Source: a virus
Taxonomy: Duplodnaviria; Caudoviricetes
Length of the DNA stretch: 46,034 nucleotides
IMG/VR virus record: IMGVR_UViG_3300017909_002418
Span: 1 to 46,034 of that record
Direction: 5' to 3' (one strand)
The notes under the pieces are model-generated. The model was not told the origin of the DNA and searched no databases. It worked only from the letters and a program-made list of their open reading frames with translations. Of the stretch, positions 9,567 through 18,964 are shown in pieces. The translations under genes were made by a program, and so were the position numbers. Every line of letters starts with the position of its first letter. Position 1 is the stretch's first letter.

Positions 9567-11020
9567 TGTCAGGAAAGAAAATTAATGAAAATCCTGAAAT
9601 GACAGGAATCAATAAACTTAAAAATTTAGGTAAGCAACAAGACGCATCATTAGGAGGTATTCAACCTCAACTACTAGCCAAGGCAATGCAACAAGCATCT
9701 CAAGGTAAATCAGTATCAGGTGCATATTCTCAACAGTTAGGATTACTGTTAAATGTGTTAGCACCTGTAATGCAAGATTCAAGTGCTCTGCAAAGAGTAA
9801 TGCAAATAAGTGCTCAAGTAAAAGATAAACAACAAGGTAATCCAGAGCCAGAAAAAACAGCAATGATGCAAAGTGCAGAAAGCATAGAAGTTGCAGAAAT
9901 GGATCAAACAGATTTGCAAAGAATTAAGTCTTTAGCAGGAGTAGATAACAAAGAAATAGCCGGAATGAATTTACCGCTGTTAATGAAAGGACTTGAACAA
10001 GCACAACAAGGACAGCAAATGAGTCCTCAACAATCTTCACAGGTAGGAGTATTATTACAATTAATAGAACCTATAGCAAAAGCAGGCAACATTCAACAAT
10101 TAATCACATTAAGCAAAAGATCAGAAAAAGAACCAACACCAGTTCAAAGAAACCCTGGGCAGGATCCAGACAGCGATTACAGAGCAGGCAGAATGGACAA
10201 TGTTGATCTAGAAGATAGTGTTGATTTTGATATAGAACAATTAGACCTAAGCGAAGAAGTTGGCATGGGTATTCTAAATCAATACTTAGAACCAGATGAA
10301 GCAAATCTTGTTAAACAAGCAAAAGCAAGAATGGCGGCTGGTGAAGGTGTTCCTTCAAACATGGTAGGAGCATTATCAAAATATATGAAAGTTGTAGATG
10401 ATTTCTTAGAAATGGGTAGTGCAGGTCTTACAAGATTAAAAACAGCACACAAATCTGCAACAGGACAAGAATTAGGCAAAGAAGAAGAGCCTAAAGATGA
10501 TGAAGCAATGAACATGGTAGAGCCAGAAGATAACGGCAAAGACGATGACAAAAAAGAAGAGTCTATAAACTTAGACGAACTTAGAGAACTTGCAGGTCTT
10601 CAAGAAGGCTTAGGTTATGCAGATCCAGGTGAAGATTCAGAAAGAGTTACATACAGCAAAACTAAAAAGCAAGGCGATGCTAGTGTCACAGTAAGTGCAA
10701 ATGCTGACAGCATGGGCGAATTGCATGACATTCTAAAACTAGCAGGTATAGATTTTGACGGCCAAGGCGATGCAGTTCCAGGTGATGCAGAAGATGAAGA
10801 TCCTGAGAAAGAAGATGTATTACTAAAACCAGAACATGATCACGAGCATGATGCAGAACCATGTGCAAATTGTGGAGAGATGGATTGCGATTGTGATGAC
10901 GGTTGTGGTCATGATAATGATGGAGAGAAACCTAAAATGATAGTTGTTTCTCCAGCAATGGATAAGAATGCAATCTTTAACAGCCTTAAAGCAAAATTAC
11001 AAGACAAACTTTCCTCTTAA
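9566..11020 (+). CDS. Hypothetical head-internal/scaffold-like protein with internal repeats and His/Cys tract
   Basis: Repeated helical units, three LxxxxxLAG motifs, EHDHEHD..CANC...CDC...CGH segment; acidic. Confidence 0.55.
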   Translation: MSGKKINENPEMTGINKLKNLGKQQDASLGGIQPQLLAKAMQQASQGKSVSGAYSQQLGLLLNVLAPVMQDSSALQRVMQISAQVKDKQQGNPEPEKTAMMQSAESIEVAEMDQTDLQRIKSLAGVDNKEIAGMNLPLLMKGLEQAQQGQQMSPQQSSQVGVLLQLIEPIAKAGNIQQLITLSKRSEKEPTPVQRNPGQDPDSDYRAGRMDNVDLEDSVDFDIEQLDLSEEVGMGILNQYLEPDEANLVKQAKARMAAGEGVPSNMVGALSKYMKVVDDFLEMGSAGLTRLKTAHKSATGQELGKEEEPKDDEAMNMVEPEDNGKDDDKKEESINLDELRELAGLQEGLGYADPGEDSERVTYSKTKKQGDASVTVSANADSMGELHDILKLAGIDFDGQGDAVPGDAEDEDPEKEDVLLKPEHDHEHDAEPCANCGEMDCDCDDGCGHDNDGEKPKMIVVSPAMDKNAIFNSLKAKLQDKLSS

Positions 11021-11022
11021 TC

Positions 11023-11030
11023 ACTAAATA
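11023..11030 (+). promoter_or_regulatory. Late promoter (ACTAAATA), 5 nt before ATG 11036
   Basis: TAAATA-N5-ATG geometry. Confidence 0.65.
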
Positions 11031-11035
11031 CTTAC

Positions 11036-11944
11036 ATGAGAGATCTATTTGTAAATGGGTGTTCCTTTGCCACAGGTTGGCACGGTGGTGAATATACAAT
11101 ACCTAGTATAACATCAAACGATGTAGTCACTGATACAATTAGTTGGGTGCAACACTTTGCTAATATGAACAATATCCAAAACTGCTGGAATCATTCTATT
11201 GTAGCAAAACCCATAGATATGACAGTAATAGACAGTTTAGGTTTTTGTGAGCAATACTATGAAAAATATAAAACGTTCAAAAATCTATTTGTTGTATGTG
11301 AATTAACAGATCCTTCTTATAGGCAATTTGATCCTGTTACTTTAAAGGGCATAGTTACTGATAAGAATTTTGATAAAGATTATTCAATTATACCCATAGC
11401 ATTTAGAGGAGATAGACAATATATAGAAATAGAAGCAAGTGCATATAAATCTATATATGTGAAACTTAAAAAAGATATCGATTATCTATCTAGTGATCAA
11501 TTCGCAGAACAAGTTCCAATGGAAGAAATAGCAGAAGGAGAAATTGCAAGGCATTCACATGAAAAGATTATTGCTTTACAATTAAAAAGTTCTCAACTAA
11601 CTAATTTAGAAATTACATTACAACAACTTAATAAAATGACAGACTATTTCCATCAAAATGACATACGTTATGTAATGTCTTGGACAGGAGGGCGAGATCC
11701 TAAATATAAAAAAATACTAGACAAATATTATAAAAAATTTGTAAATACCAATCGACTTATATCTGCTCATGTATATGCAGGAGTCGATTTCAGTTTAGAG
11801 CACTCTATTGAACCTGTAGGCATGCATCCGGATCAAGCAGGGCATCTTGCTATTGCTGAATTTTTAACCGATTATATAAGAACATACAATCTTACACAAT
11901 CACCACAACTAGATTTAGTAGAAGAAGCAGAAAACATCAACTAA
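11036..11944 (+). CDS. SGNH/GDSL hydrolase-like protein
   Basis: FVNGCSF N-terminal block and GMHPDQAGHLAIAE C-terminal block. Confidence 0.65.
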   Translation: MRDLFVNGCSFATGWHGGEYTIPSITSNDVVTDTISWVQHFANMNNIQNCWNHSIVAKPIDMTVIDSLGFCEQYYEKYKTFKNLFVVCELTDPSYRQFDPVTLKGIVTDKNFDKDYSIIPIAFRGDRQYIEIEASAYKSIYVKLKKDIDYLSSDQFAEQVPMEEIAEGEIARHSHEKIIALQLKSSQLTNLEITLQQLNKMTDYFHQNDIRYVMSWTGGRDPKYKKILDKYYKKFVNTNRLISAHVYAGVDFSLEHSIEPVGMHPDQAGHLAIAEFLTDYIRTYNLTQSPQLDLVEEAENIN

Positions 11945-11947
11945 ATA
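11940..11947 (+). promoter_or_regulatory. Late promoter (ACTAAATA) overlapping TAA stop, 5 nt before terminase ATG
   Basis: TAAATA-N5-ATG geometry. Confidence 0.65.
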
Positions 11948-11952
11948 CTAGT

Positions 11953-13542
11953 ATGGCAAGAGGAACCGCAGATACCAGTCTTATAAAGCAAGGTTTTAAG
12001 AAAGTCCCTATGACTGCAGATCAGTTAAAGGATTTTGAGGCCTGCTGTAACGAAGAAACAGGCGCTCTGCATTTCATGAAAGAGCATATGAAAATCCAAC
12101 ATCCTACTCTAGGAGGCATAGATTTTGATCCTTACGATTATCAAGAGCATTTAGTAGTAAACTACAATAATTACAGATACAGTATTAACATGCTGGGTAG
12201 GCAGATGGGTAAAACTACTGTGGCGGCAGGATACTTGTTGTGGTATGCAATGTTTAAGCCTGACAGCACAATATTAGTTGCGGCACATAAACAAGCAGGT
12301 GCTAGTGAGATTATGCAACGTATAAGGTATGCATACGAAAGTTGCCCTAACCATATACGAGCAGGTGTCACAGAATACAATAAAGGCTCTCTGACAATGG
12401 ATAATGGTTCTAGAATAATAAGTGCTACCACTACAGAAAACACTGGTAGAGGTATGTCACTTTCATTAATATACTTAGATGAGTTTGCATTCGTTCCACC
12501 TAGAATAGCCAAAGAGTTTTGGACTTCACTATCACCAACACTAGCAACAGGTGGTAAATGTATTATTACTAGCACACCTAACAGTGACGATGATACATTT
12601 GCTATGATTTGGCAACAAGCAAACAAAATGTTTGATGAGCATGGTAACGAGCAAGAGGTAGGAGTGAACGGATTCAAACCTATGATTGCCAAATGGGAAG
12701 AACACCCAGACAGAGATGCCGGTTGGGCAACTGAAGAAAGAGGCAGAATTGGAGAAGAACGTTTTAGACGTGAGCATGAATGTGAATTTGTTATTTACGA
12801 TGAAACACTTATAGATGCTTTAAAACTTTTAGAAATGAAGGGTGTTGAACCAAGTCTTAAAATGGGACAAACACGATGGTATAAACAACCAGATCCTGAT
12901 TCTATATTTGTAGTAGCATTAGACCCTAGTTCAGGAACAGGCGAAGATAATGCGGCTATACAAGTATTAGAACTTTCAACAATGACACAAATTGCAGAAT
13001 GGTGTCACAATAAAACTCCTGTAGAAGGTCAAATGAAAGCAATGCTTGATATAATGATGTATCTGAAAGAATGCAAATGCGAACAGATTTACTGGACAGT
13101 TGAGAATAATACTATTGGTGAAGCGGCTCTTGTAGTAATCAGAGATACAGGCGAAGAAACATTTCCTGGAGATTTCTTACACGAACCTAAAAAGATACAA
13201 GGTAAGAAAGGTAGAAAAGGATTTCATACTACACATAAAAGTAAAATAGAAGGCTGTTTGTTTTTAAAACGTCTAGTTGAACAAGATAAAATTAAACTAA
13301 AAAGCAAAATGTTAATATCAGAATTGAAGAATTTTGTATCTAGAGCAAACAGTTTTGCGGCAAAACCAGGCGAATACGACGATTTAGTTATGTCTTTAGT
13401 TATTGCAATTAGAATGATCCAATACATAGGAACATTCGAAGAACATGTTTACGATCAAGTAAACAGTGGATTAGGTGCTGATGGATTATATGAAGATGAT
13501 TTTGATGACTCCGACGGACCTATGCCAATTGGGATAATTTAG
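11953..13542 (+). CDS. Terminase large subunit (gp17-like)
   Basis: YDYQ, Walker A GRQMGKTT, Walker B IYLDEFAF, ITSTPN; nuclease ALDPSSG and DDLVMS. Confidence 0.97.
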   Translation: MARGTADTSLIKQGFKKVPMTADQLKDFEACCNEETGALHFMKEHMKIQHPTLGGIDFDPYDYQEHLVVNYNNYRYSINMLGRQMGKTTVAAGYLLWYAMFKPDSTILVAAHKQAGASEIMQRIRYAYESCPNHIRAGVTEYNKGSLTMDNGSRIISATTTENTGRGMSLSLIYLDEFAFVPPRIAKEFWTSLSPTLATGGKCIITSTPNSDDDTFAMIWQQANKMFDEHGNEQEVGVNGFKPMIAKWEEHPDRDAGWATEERGRIGEERFRREHECEFVIYDETLIDALKLLEMKGVEPSLKMGQTRWYKQPDPDSIFVVALDPSSGTGEDNAAIQVLELSTMTQIAEWCHNKTPVEGQMKAMLDIMMYLKECKCEQIYWTVENNTIGEAALVVIRDTGEETFPGDFLHEPKKIQGKKGRKGFHTTHKSKIEGCLFLKRLVEQDKIKLKSKMLISELKNFVSRANSFAAKPGEYDDLVMSLVIAIRMIQYIGTFEEHVYDQVNSGLGADGLYEDDFDDSDGPMPIGII

Positions 13543-13549
13543 ATAAATA
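13542..13549 (+). promoter_or_regulatory. Late promoter (GATAAATA), 5 nt before ATG 13555
   Basis: TAAATA-N5-ATG geometry. Confidence 0.75.
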
Positions 13550-13554
13550 GTTGT

Positions 13555-14817
13555 ATGGCAACTAATAAAAAACAAGTTTCAGAAAAAATATTTAATCTTC
13601 TTAAAGGTTTTGGCTACGAAGTTAAAACTTTTGACGTTGAAGGAAATAATCAAGTAAATCCTCAGGAAAGCACAAGATTTGTTGTGGAAGAACCTAACAT
13701 ATTAGTTAGATTAGATTTAAACAAAAATTCTATCATTTTAAATACAAGTGAAGATTTAACTGATCACAAAGTTAGACCTATGCTTAAAGAATTAAGCAAA
13801 GATTACTTACTAAATTTCGACTACAATGTTTTTGGAAAGAGATTAAAACCAAAAGGCGAGTTGCAAGATGCAGAAAAGAATTCGGAGAAAGATATGGCAG
13901 ACGTAATGGAGGCTAGTTTAGGCAAACTGTCAGGTTCTACTAAAACAAGTTATCAACCTTTAGAGAATGTAAAGATAGTATTAAAGCATAAAAAAGCAAT
14001 AGACGAAGAGATACGCGGTTCTAGAAGTAGAAATATACACAGTATTTTTATTCAACGCGGAGAAGAAAGATTTAAATTACCTGAGAACAATTTAGCAATG
14101 GCTAGAGCAATGGCTAGACATGTTCAAAAAGGCGGTGAAGTGTTTGATGAGATTGGAGAATCTATAGTAGACATGGCTAGAGATTTATCTAAGTTACGTG
14201 AATTTATAGTTTATGTTAAAAGGTCAAACATTGTTAATGAAGCAAATGCAGAGTATGTAAACTTAGCAATAGAAAACATTAACAACATCAGAGAAACATT
14301 TAAAAAATTACAAGGTGCAAAAACTTATGCATCAGCAGTAGAAAGTTTATCTAATCAAGAAAAATATAATTTAGAAGAAGATGACTCCGACATCCAATCT
14401 TTATTTACTGAAACACATTTTGATGATAAAGTTGCAAACGTTATAGATAATTTACGCACATTAAATTTAAGAAAGAAAGCATTTGAATCACATATAATGA
14501 ATGCAATAGAAAACGAGCAGTTTAACAATGCAGTTGACATGCTCAAAGAAACAGAATTATTACAGTTTGACACACCTAATGCCAAATTAGGACATCAGGT
14601 TAGTCAATTAGGCTTCAGTGCAAAAGACGAAAGGCTTGGCAACTACTTACGTGATTGCGGTAAACGTCTTAGCAGTGGAGGACAAATGAGCGACTTTGAT
14701 TACAGAGCAATCAAAAGTTCATTGTTAAGTGCTGGTAATAGACCAGTTAAAGGTGAGCCAATGTCTTATATGGAATCATATGAGAAGTTTTTGGACCGTT
14801 TTTCAGTAGAATTTTAA
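13555..14817 (+). CDS. Conserved hypothetical late protein (probably head-associated)
   Basis: 420-aa ORF with late promoter; GS.KTSYQ, RSRNI..IFI..GEERF, ARAMARHV..GG motifs; several hydrophobic-x-E sites. Confidence 0.55.
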   Translation: MATNKKQVSEKIFNLLKGFGYEVKTFDVEGNNQVNPQESTRFVVEEPNILVRLDLNKNSIILNTSEDLTDHKVRPMLKELSKDYLLNFDYNVFGKRLKPKGELQDAEKNSEKDMADVMEASLGKLSGSTKTSYQPLENVKIVLKHKKAIDEEIRGSRSRNIHSIFIQRGEERFKLPENNLAMARAMARHVQKGGEVFDEIGESIVDMARDLSKLREFIVYVKRSNIVNEANAEYVNLAIENINNIRETFKKLQGAKTYASAVESLSNQEKYNLEEDDSDIQSLFTETHFDDKVANVIDNLRTLNLRKKAFESHIMNAIENEQFNNAVDMLKETELLQFDTPNAKLGHQVSQLGFSAKDERLGNYLRDCGKRLSSGGQMSDFDYRAIKSSLLSAGNRPVKGEPMSYMESYEKFLDRFSVEF

Positions 14818-14825
14818 CAGCATTT

Positions 14826-14898
14826 AATAAATAACATTGTAATTTAGAAAATTTATTTGCAAAAATAGGTTGACAAAGTTACACTTAGGCATTAATAT
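14826..14898 (+). promoter_or_regulatory. Dual promoter region for SSB: late AATAAATA (14826-14833) and sigma70-like TTGACA-N17-TAATAT (14870-14898)
   Basis: Perfect -35 box, 17-nt spacer, 4/6 -10 box; AT-rich upstream tract. Confidence 0.65.
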
Positions 14899-14956
14899 AA
14901 GAAACAGTAGTGAATAAACACACTACGCACATGGCACATAAAATAGGAGATACATT

Positions 14957-15961
14957 ATGGCATCATTGGCAGAAATAAGAGCAAAACTACAATCAATGGA
15001 ATCAAAACCTGGTAGTTCACCTGCTCAAAGCGATAAAGCAATTTACCCTTTTTGGAATATCGACGAAGGAACAAGCACCGTTCTTAGGTTCTTACCTGAC
15101 GACGATCCAAATAACACGTTCTTTTGGGTAGAACGACAAATGATTCGTTTAACATTCCCTGGAGTTGTTGGCGGTGAACAGAAACCTGTAACCGTTCAAG
15201 TTCCTTGTATGGAAATGTGGGGCGAAACATGTCCTGTATTAACTGAGGTTCGTCCTTGGTTCAAAGACGCAAGTCTTGAAGATATGGGCAGAAAGTATTG
15301 GAAAAAACGTTCTTACATTTTCCAAGGCTTTGTAAACGAAAATCCACTTAACGAAGAAGCACCTGATAATCCTATCAGACGTTTTGTTATTGGACCGCAA
15401 ATCTTTAACATTATCAAATCAGCATTGATGGACCCAGAAATGGACAACTTACCAACTGATTATGTAAATGGAACAGATTTCCGTTTATCGAAAACAACTA
15501 AAGGTCAATACGCAGATTACAGCACATCTAAATGGGCAAGAAAAGAAAGTGCATTAGATGAGTCACAACTTGCGGCAATTGACAGCAATGGACTATTTAA
15601 TCTGAATGATTTCTTACCTGCTAAACCAACAGCAGAAGGCGTCCAAGCAATAGCAGAAATGTTCCAAGCATCAGTTGATGGGGAGTTATATGACCCTGCA
15701 AAATGGGGGAACTTTTACAAACCCTATGGACTTGATACAGGAACAAGCACACAATCAACAGTGGCACCGGCTCAACCTGCTCCAGCAGTATCAGAGCCTG
15801 CAACAGAGAGTGTGGCTCCTGTAGAAACACCTGCTCCTGCACCAGCGGCTGAACCAGTTGCTGAAACGCCTGCACCAGCACCAGCAAGTGCTAGTGAGGA
15901 TGTTGGTAAAAAGTCGGCTGATGACATTCTGAATATGATCAGAAACAGACAGTCATCTTAA
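14957..15961 (+). CDS. Single-stranded DNA-binding protein (gp32-like)
   Basis: LRFLP, C....G..CP, YW.KRSY, G.DF.L.K, ADYSTSKW; Pro/Ala-rich C-terminal linker; SD AGGAGA. Confidence 0.9.
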   Translation: MASLAEIRAKLQSMESKPGSSPAQSDKAIYPFWNIDEGTSTVLRFLPDDDPNNTFFWVERQMIRLTFPGVVGGEQKPVTVQVPCMEMWGETCPVLTEVRPWFKDASLEDMGRKYWKKRSYIFQGFVNENPLNEEAPDNPIRRFVIGPQIFNIIKSALMDPEMDNLPTDYVNGTDFRLSKTTKGQYADYSTSKWARKESALDESQLAAIDSNGLFNLNDFLPAKPTAEGVQAIAEMFQASVDGELYDPAKWGNFYKPYGLDTGTSTQSTVAPAQPAPAVSEPATESVAPVETPAPAPAAEPVAETPAPAPASASEDVGKKSADDILNMIRNRQSS

Positions 15962-15972
15962 GGAGGTAGATC

Positions 15973-17076
15973 ATGCAGAAACCTTTTGACTTAACAAAGT
16001 TCCGAACTGGAATCACTAAAAGTATAAGTGGTATCAGTGCAGGATTCCATGACCCTAAAGATTGGATAAGCACTGGTAACTACACACTTGACTACTTAAT
16101 AAGTGGTGACTTTAATGGAGGTATTCCTCTAGGTAAAGTAAGTGTGTTTGCTGGTGAGTCTGGTTCAGGGAAATCATTTATATGTTCTGGCAACGTTGTA
16201 AAAAATGCACAAGAGGCAGGTTGTCAAGTGGTGTTATTCGATTCAGAAAACGCACTTGATGAACACTGGCTTCAAGCATTAGATGTTGATACTAGTCCTG
16301 AGAAACTATTAAAAATTAGTGTTTCAATGATTGACGATGTTGCAAAAGCAATATCAGAATTTTTGAAAGACTATAAAGCAAACTACTCTGATCTTCCATA
16401 CGAAGAAATGCCAAAGTTAGTGTTTGTTGTTGATAGTTTAGGAATGTTATTAACACCTACTGACGTTGCACAGTTCGAAAAAGGTGACATGAAAGGTGAC
16501 ATGGGTAGAAAGCCAAAGGCACTGACAGCCTTGGTTAGAAACACAGTCAACCAGATTGCACCTTTCCCCATAGCACTAGTGGCAACTAACCATACTTATG
16601 CATCACAAGATATGTTCGATCCAGATGATAAAATATCAGGTGGACAAGGATTTATCTATGCAAGTAGTATTGTAGTTGCAATGAAGAAACTCAAACTAAA
16701 AGAGGATCTTGATGGTAACAAAGTGTCTACGGTGCAAGGAATCAGAGCGGCATGTAAAGTGATGAAGTCACGATACAGTAAACCTTTTGAAGGCGTTCAA
16801 GTAAAAATACCTTACGAAACAGGCATGGATCCATATAGTGGCCTATTGGAGATGCTAGAATCTAAGGATATCGTCGAAAAAGTCGGTAACAAACTTTCTT
16901 ATGTTTCACCTGTAACAGGAGAAGAAATTAAGGAATTCAGAAAAGGCTGGACTGGAGATAAACTTCAGGTAATTATAGACGAATGGGGTCAAAATCCAAA
17001 AGTGCAAGAAGCAGAAGAGGAAGTAGACCCTGATGATTTTGAACCAGATATAGAGGAATACGCAGATGAGTCCTGA
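15973..17076 (+). CDS. uvsX: RecA-like recombinase UvsX
   Basis: ISTGNY.LD, AGESGSGKS, FDSENA, VVDSLG, TNHTY, SGGQGFIYASS; SD AGGAGG. Confidence 0.95.
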   Translation: MQKPFDLTKFRTGITKSISGISAGFHDPKDWISTGNYTLDYLISGDFNGGIPLGKVSVFAGESGSGKSFICSGNVVKNAQEAGCQVVLFDSENALDEHWLQALDVDTSPEKLLKISVSMIDDVAKAISEFLKDYKANYSDLPYEEMPKLVFVVDSLGMLLTPTDVAQFEKGDMKGDMGRKPKALTALVRNTVNQIAPFPIALVATNHTYASQDMFDPDDKISGGQGFIYASSIVVAMKKLKLKEDLDGNKVSTVQGIRAACKVMKSRYSKPFEGVQVKIPYETGMDPYSGLLEMLESKDIVEKVGNKLSYVSPVTGEEIKEFRKGWTGDKLQVIIDEWGQNPKVQEAEEEVDPDDFEPDIEEYADES

Positions 17077-17302
17077 AGTAGCATTGTTACATGATACGTG
17101 GGAAGGTATTAAGTCATATATCCCCAAGAAAGAAAGACTTAACATTGCAGAAATTCTTGTTAGATCATTCGATGATAATGTAGATATTTCTGAAGTTGAG
17201 GATCACCTTATGGAGTTTGATTCAGTAATGAAAGCGGCAGTTGTAAGCCATTTTGATATTGGATTTGACGATGATGAGGAAGAAGACGAGGATTGGGAAT
17301 AA
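17066..17302 (+). CDS. Small acidic hypothetical protein
   Basis: 78 aa between uvsX and uvsY, overlapping both; acidic tail. Confidence 0.65.
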   Translation: MSPEVALLHDTWEGIKSYIPKKERLNIAEILVRSFDDNVDISEVEDHLMEFDSVMKAAVVSHFDIGFDDDEEEDEDWE

Positions 17303-17763
17303 TGGCTACTTGGTATAACGATGTCGTTAAAGATTTAGGCAGTATGGTTGACGCCATTGCCTATTACGAAAACGAATTAGAGGATGCCAAGTATGAATGC
17401 AGAATAAAGGGGAGCCTGGAAAAAGCCAGTGCTTCCCTTCCCGGTATTACAGAGTTTCGCTTTAATCAGTTACAAGAGATTGAAGCGATCCTCGAACATC
17501 TAAATATAGAACTTCGCAAAGAACGTTCTAAGACATTTAGAAAATTTTTAGAATCATATAATAGACAATTATCAAGTAGAGACGCAGAAAAGTTTGTTGA
17601 CAGCGAACAAAGTGTTATAGACCTAACACACCTCACAAATCAATTTGGCCTTTTGCGAAACAAATACTTGGGCATAATGAAAGGGTTGGATACCAAGCAA
17701 TGGCAAATAGGACACATAACGAGGTTGAGAACGGCAGGAATGGAAGACATAGTAATAGAGTAA
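17302..17763 (+). CDS. uvsY: Recombination mediator UvsY-like
   Basis: Helical ~153-aa protein after uvsX; start moved to ATG 17302 (TAATG coupling); LSSRDAEKFVD and WQIGHITRLR motifs. Confidence 0.65.
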   Translation: MATWYNDVVKDLGSMVDAIAYYENELEDAKYECRIKGSLEKASASLPGITEFRFNQLQEIEAILEHLNIELRKERSKTFRKFLESYNRQLSSRDAEKFVDSEQSVIDLTHLTNQFGLLRNKYLGIMKGLDTKQWQIGHITRLRTAGMEDIVIE

Positions 17764-18923
17764 ATTTCTTCTACAGACTTAACAACTGCATTGAACGTGA
17801 TCGTGAAAACTTCGAAAATTTCACAGAAACCTTAACACAGGATTTCCGCGACTATTGTTCGCAAAACACAAACCGAGAAAATGTTTATGTGTATTTTGAA
17901 TATACACAAGAAGGCACACTTTGGGTAGTAAACGGAAAATGGTTTGGTGATGTTATTCATGATTTTGCACACAAATATAATTTACCCTTAGAAAATATTA
18001 CTTTTCACGGCGGTGCCGCAACCTTACAAGATAACTACAACAAATGGCATTCTATACATAGGCCCAATGAAGGCAAAATTAATATCAGAAGCACTGATTT
18101 TGGTCGTTGGCTTTATGCAAAAACAAATCCATACTATCATATTCTAAAATTTCCAAAAGAAGCACACAAGAATTTGAGACCAAAAAAGTTTAATTGTTTA
18201 AATGCAAATCTAGGCATACAGCATAGAATTGTATTTTTACATTATATGTGGAAGAATGGATTACTTACAAAAGAAAATATTAAAAACAACTTAATAAGTT
18301 TTCATTACTTTCACACATTATACTATCCAATAGAAAAACAATATCCACTAGAACAAGAACTAAAGGATATGCTACCCATACAATTTGATATAGTAGGGGA
18401 TTGGGAGCAAGTATATGCTAAAATATTTGAAAAAGATTCTGATTTAACAGATTGGAACAAAACAGGAGATTATACATATTTGTATAATGACTGTTACTTT
18501 ACAGTTACTACAGAAAGCGGAGAGTGTCCTCAATTATGTGATCAATTTGGCCACAATGTTGAATTGAATGATCACTTTAGACCATATCATCATGAGATGT
18601 TTATTACAGAAAAAACAACAAGACCTATGCTTTACTTACATCCACAAATACTTTATTCCACATCAGGAACTTTAGAATATTTAAAAGAATGTGGTTTTAA
18701 AACTTTCAGTAATTACTGGAGTGAAGAATATGACAACGAAGAAAACGGAGATAAAAAAGTTCAAATGATTATGGACGTCGTTAAAGAACTTAATAATAAA
18801 TCTCTGGAAGAGTTGCATGAAATGTATTGGGATATGATGCCAATACTAAAACATAACCAAGACGTCCTAATTAATTCAGAAGTAGATAAGTATTCAAATG
18901 GTATATTTCCGCTTGACTTATAA
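17700..18923 (+). CDS. Glycosyltransferase-like protein (GT-B/GT10-like C-terminal motifs)
   Basis: KKFNCLN...HR, FTVTTES, FITEKT..P, LKECGFKTF...W.E.YD, ILKHN motifs; start codon uncertain. Confidence 0.5.
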   Translation: MANRTHNEVENGRNGRHSNRVNFFYRLNNCIERDRENFENFTETLTQDFRDYCSQNTNRENVYVYFEYTQEGTLWVVNGKWFGDVIHDFAHKYNLPLENITFHGGAATLQDNYNKWHSIHRPNEGKINIRSTDFGRWLYAKTNPYYHILKFPKEAHKNLRPKKFNCLNANLGIQHRIVFLHYMWKNGLLTKENIKNNLISFHYFHTLYYPIEKQYPLEQELKDMLPIQFDIVGDWEQVYAKIFEKDSDLTDWNKTGDYTYLYNDCYFTVTTESGECPQLCDQFGHNVELNDHFRPYHHEMFITEKTTRPMLYLHPQILYSTSGTLEYLKECGFKTFSNYWSEEYDNEENGDKKVQMIMDVVKELNNKSLEELHEMYWDMMPILKHNQDVLINSEVDKYSNGIFPLDL

Positions 18924-18940
18924 ACTTTTGAATGTATAAT
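18913..18940 (+). promoter_or_regulatory. Sigma70-like promoter TTGACT-N16-TATAAT
   Basis: Near-consensus -35 and perfect -10 upstream of SD GGAGA (18956-18960) and ATG 18965. Confidence 0.75.
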
Positions 18941-18964
18941 AATATTTTATATTATGGAGAAAAT

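Noticed and set aside
14880-14956. T4 gene 32-type pseudoknot in the SSB leader
   Set aside because: A hairpin is present but I found no downstream complement to its loop.
15760-15890. Pro/Ala-rich repeats (APAPA) in the SSB C-terminus
   Set aside because: Ordinary low-complexity linker in gp32-like proteins.
18932-18964. ORF-track start of the TonB receptor at 18932
   Set aside because: This ATG abuts the -10 box; the SD and signal peptide support 18965.
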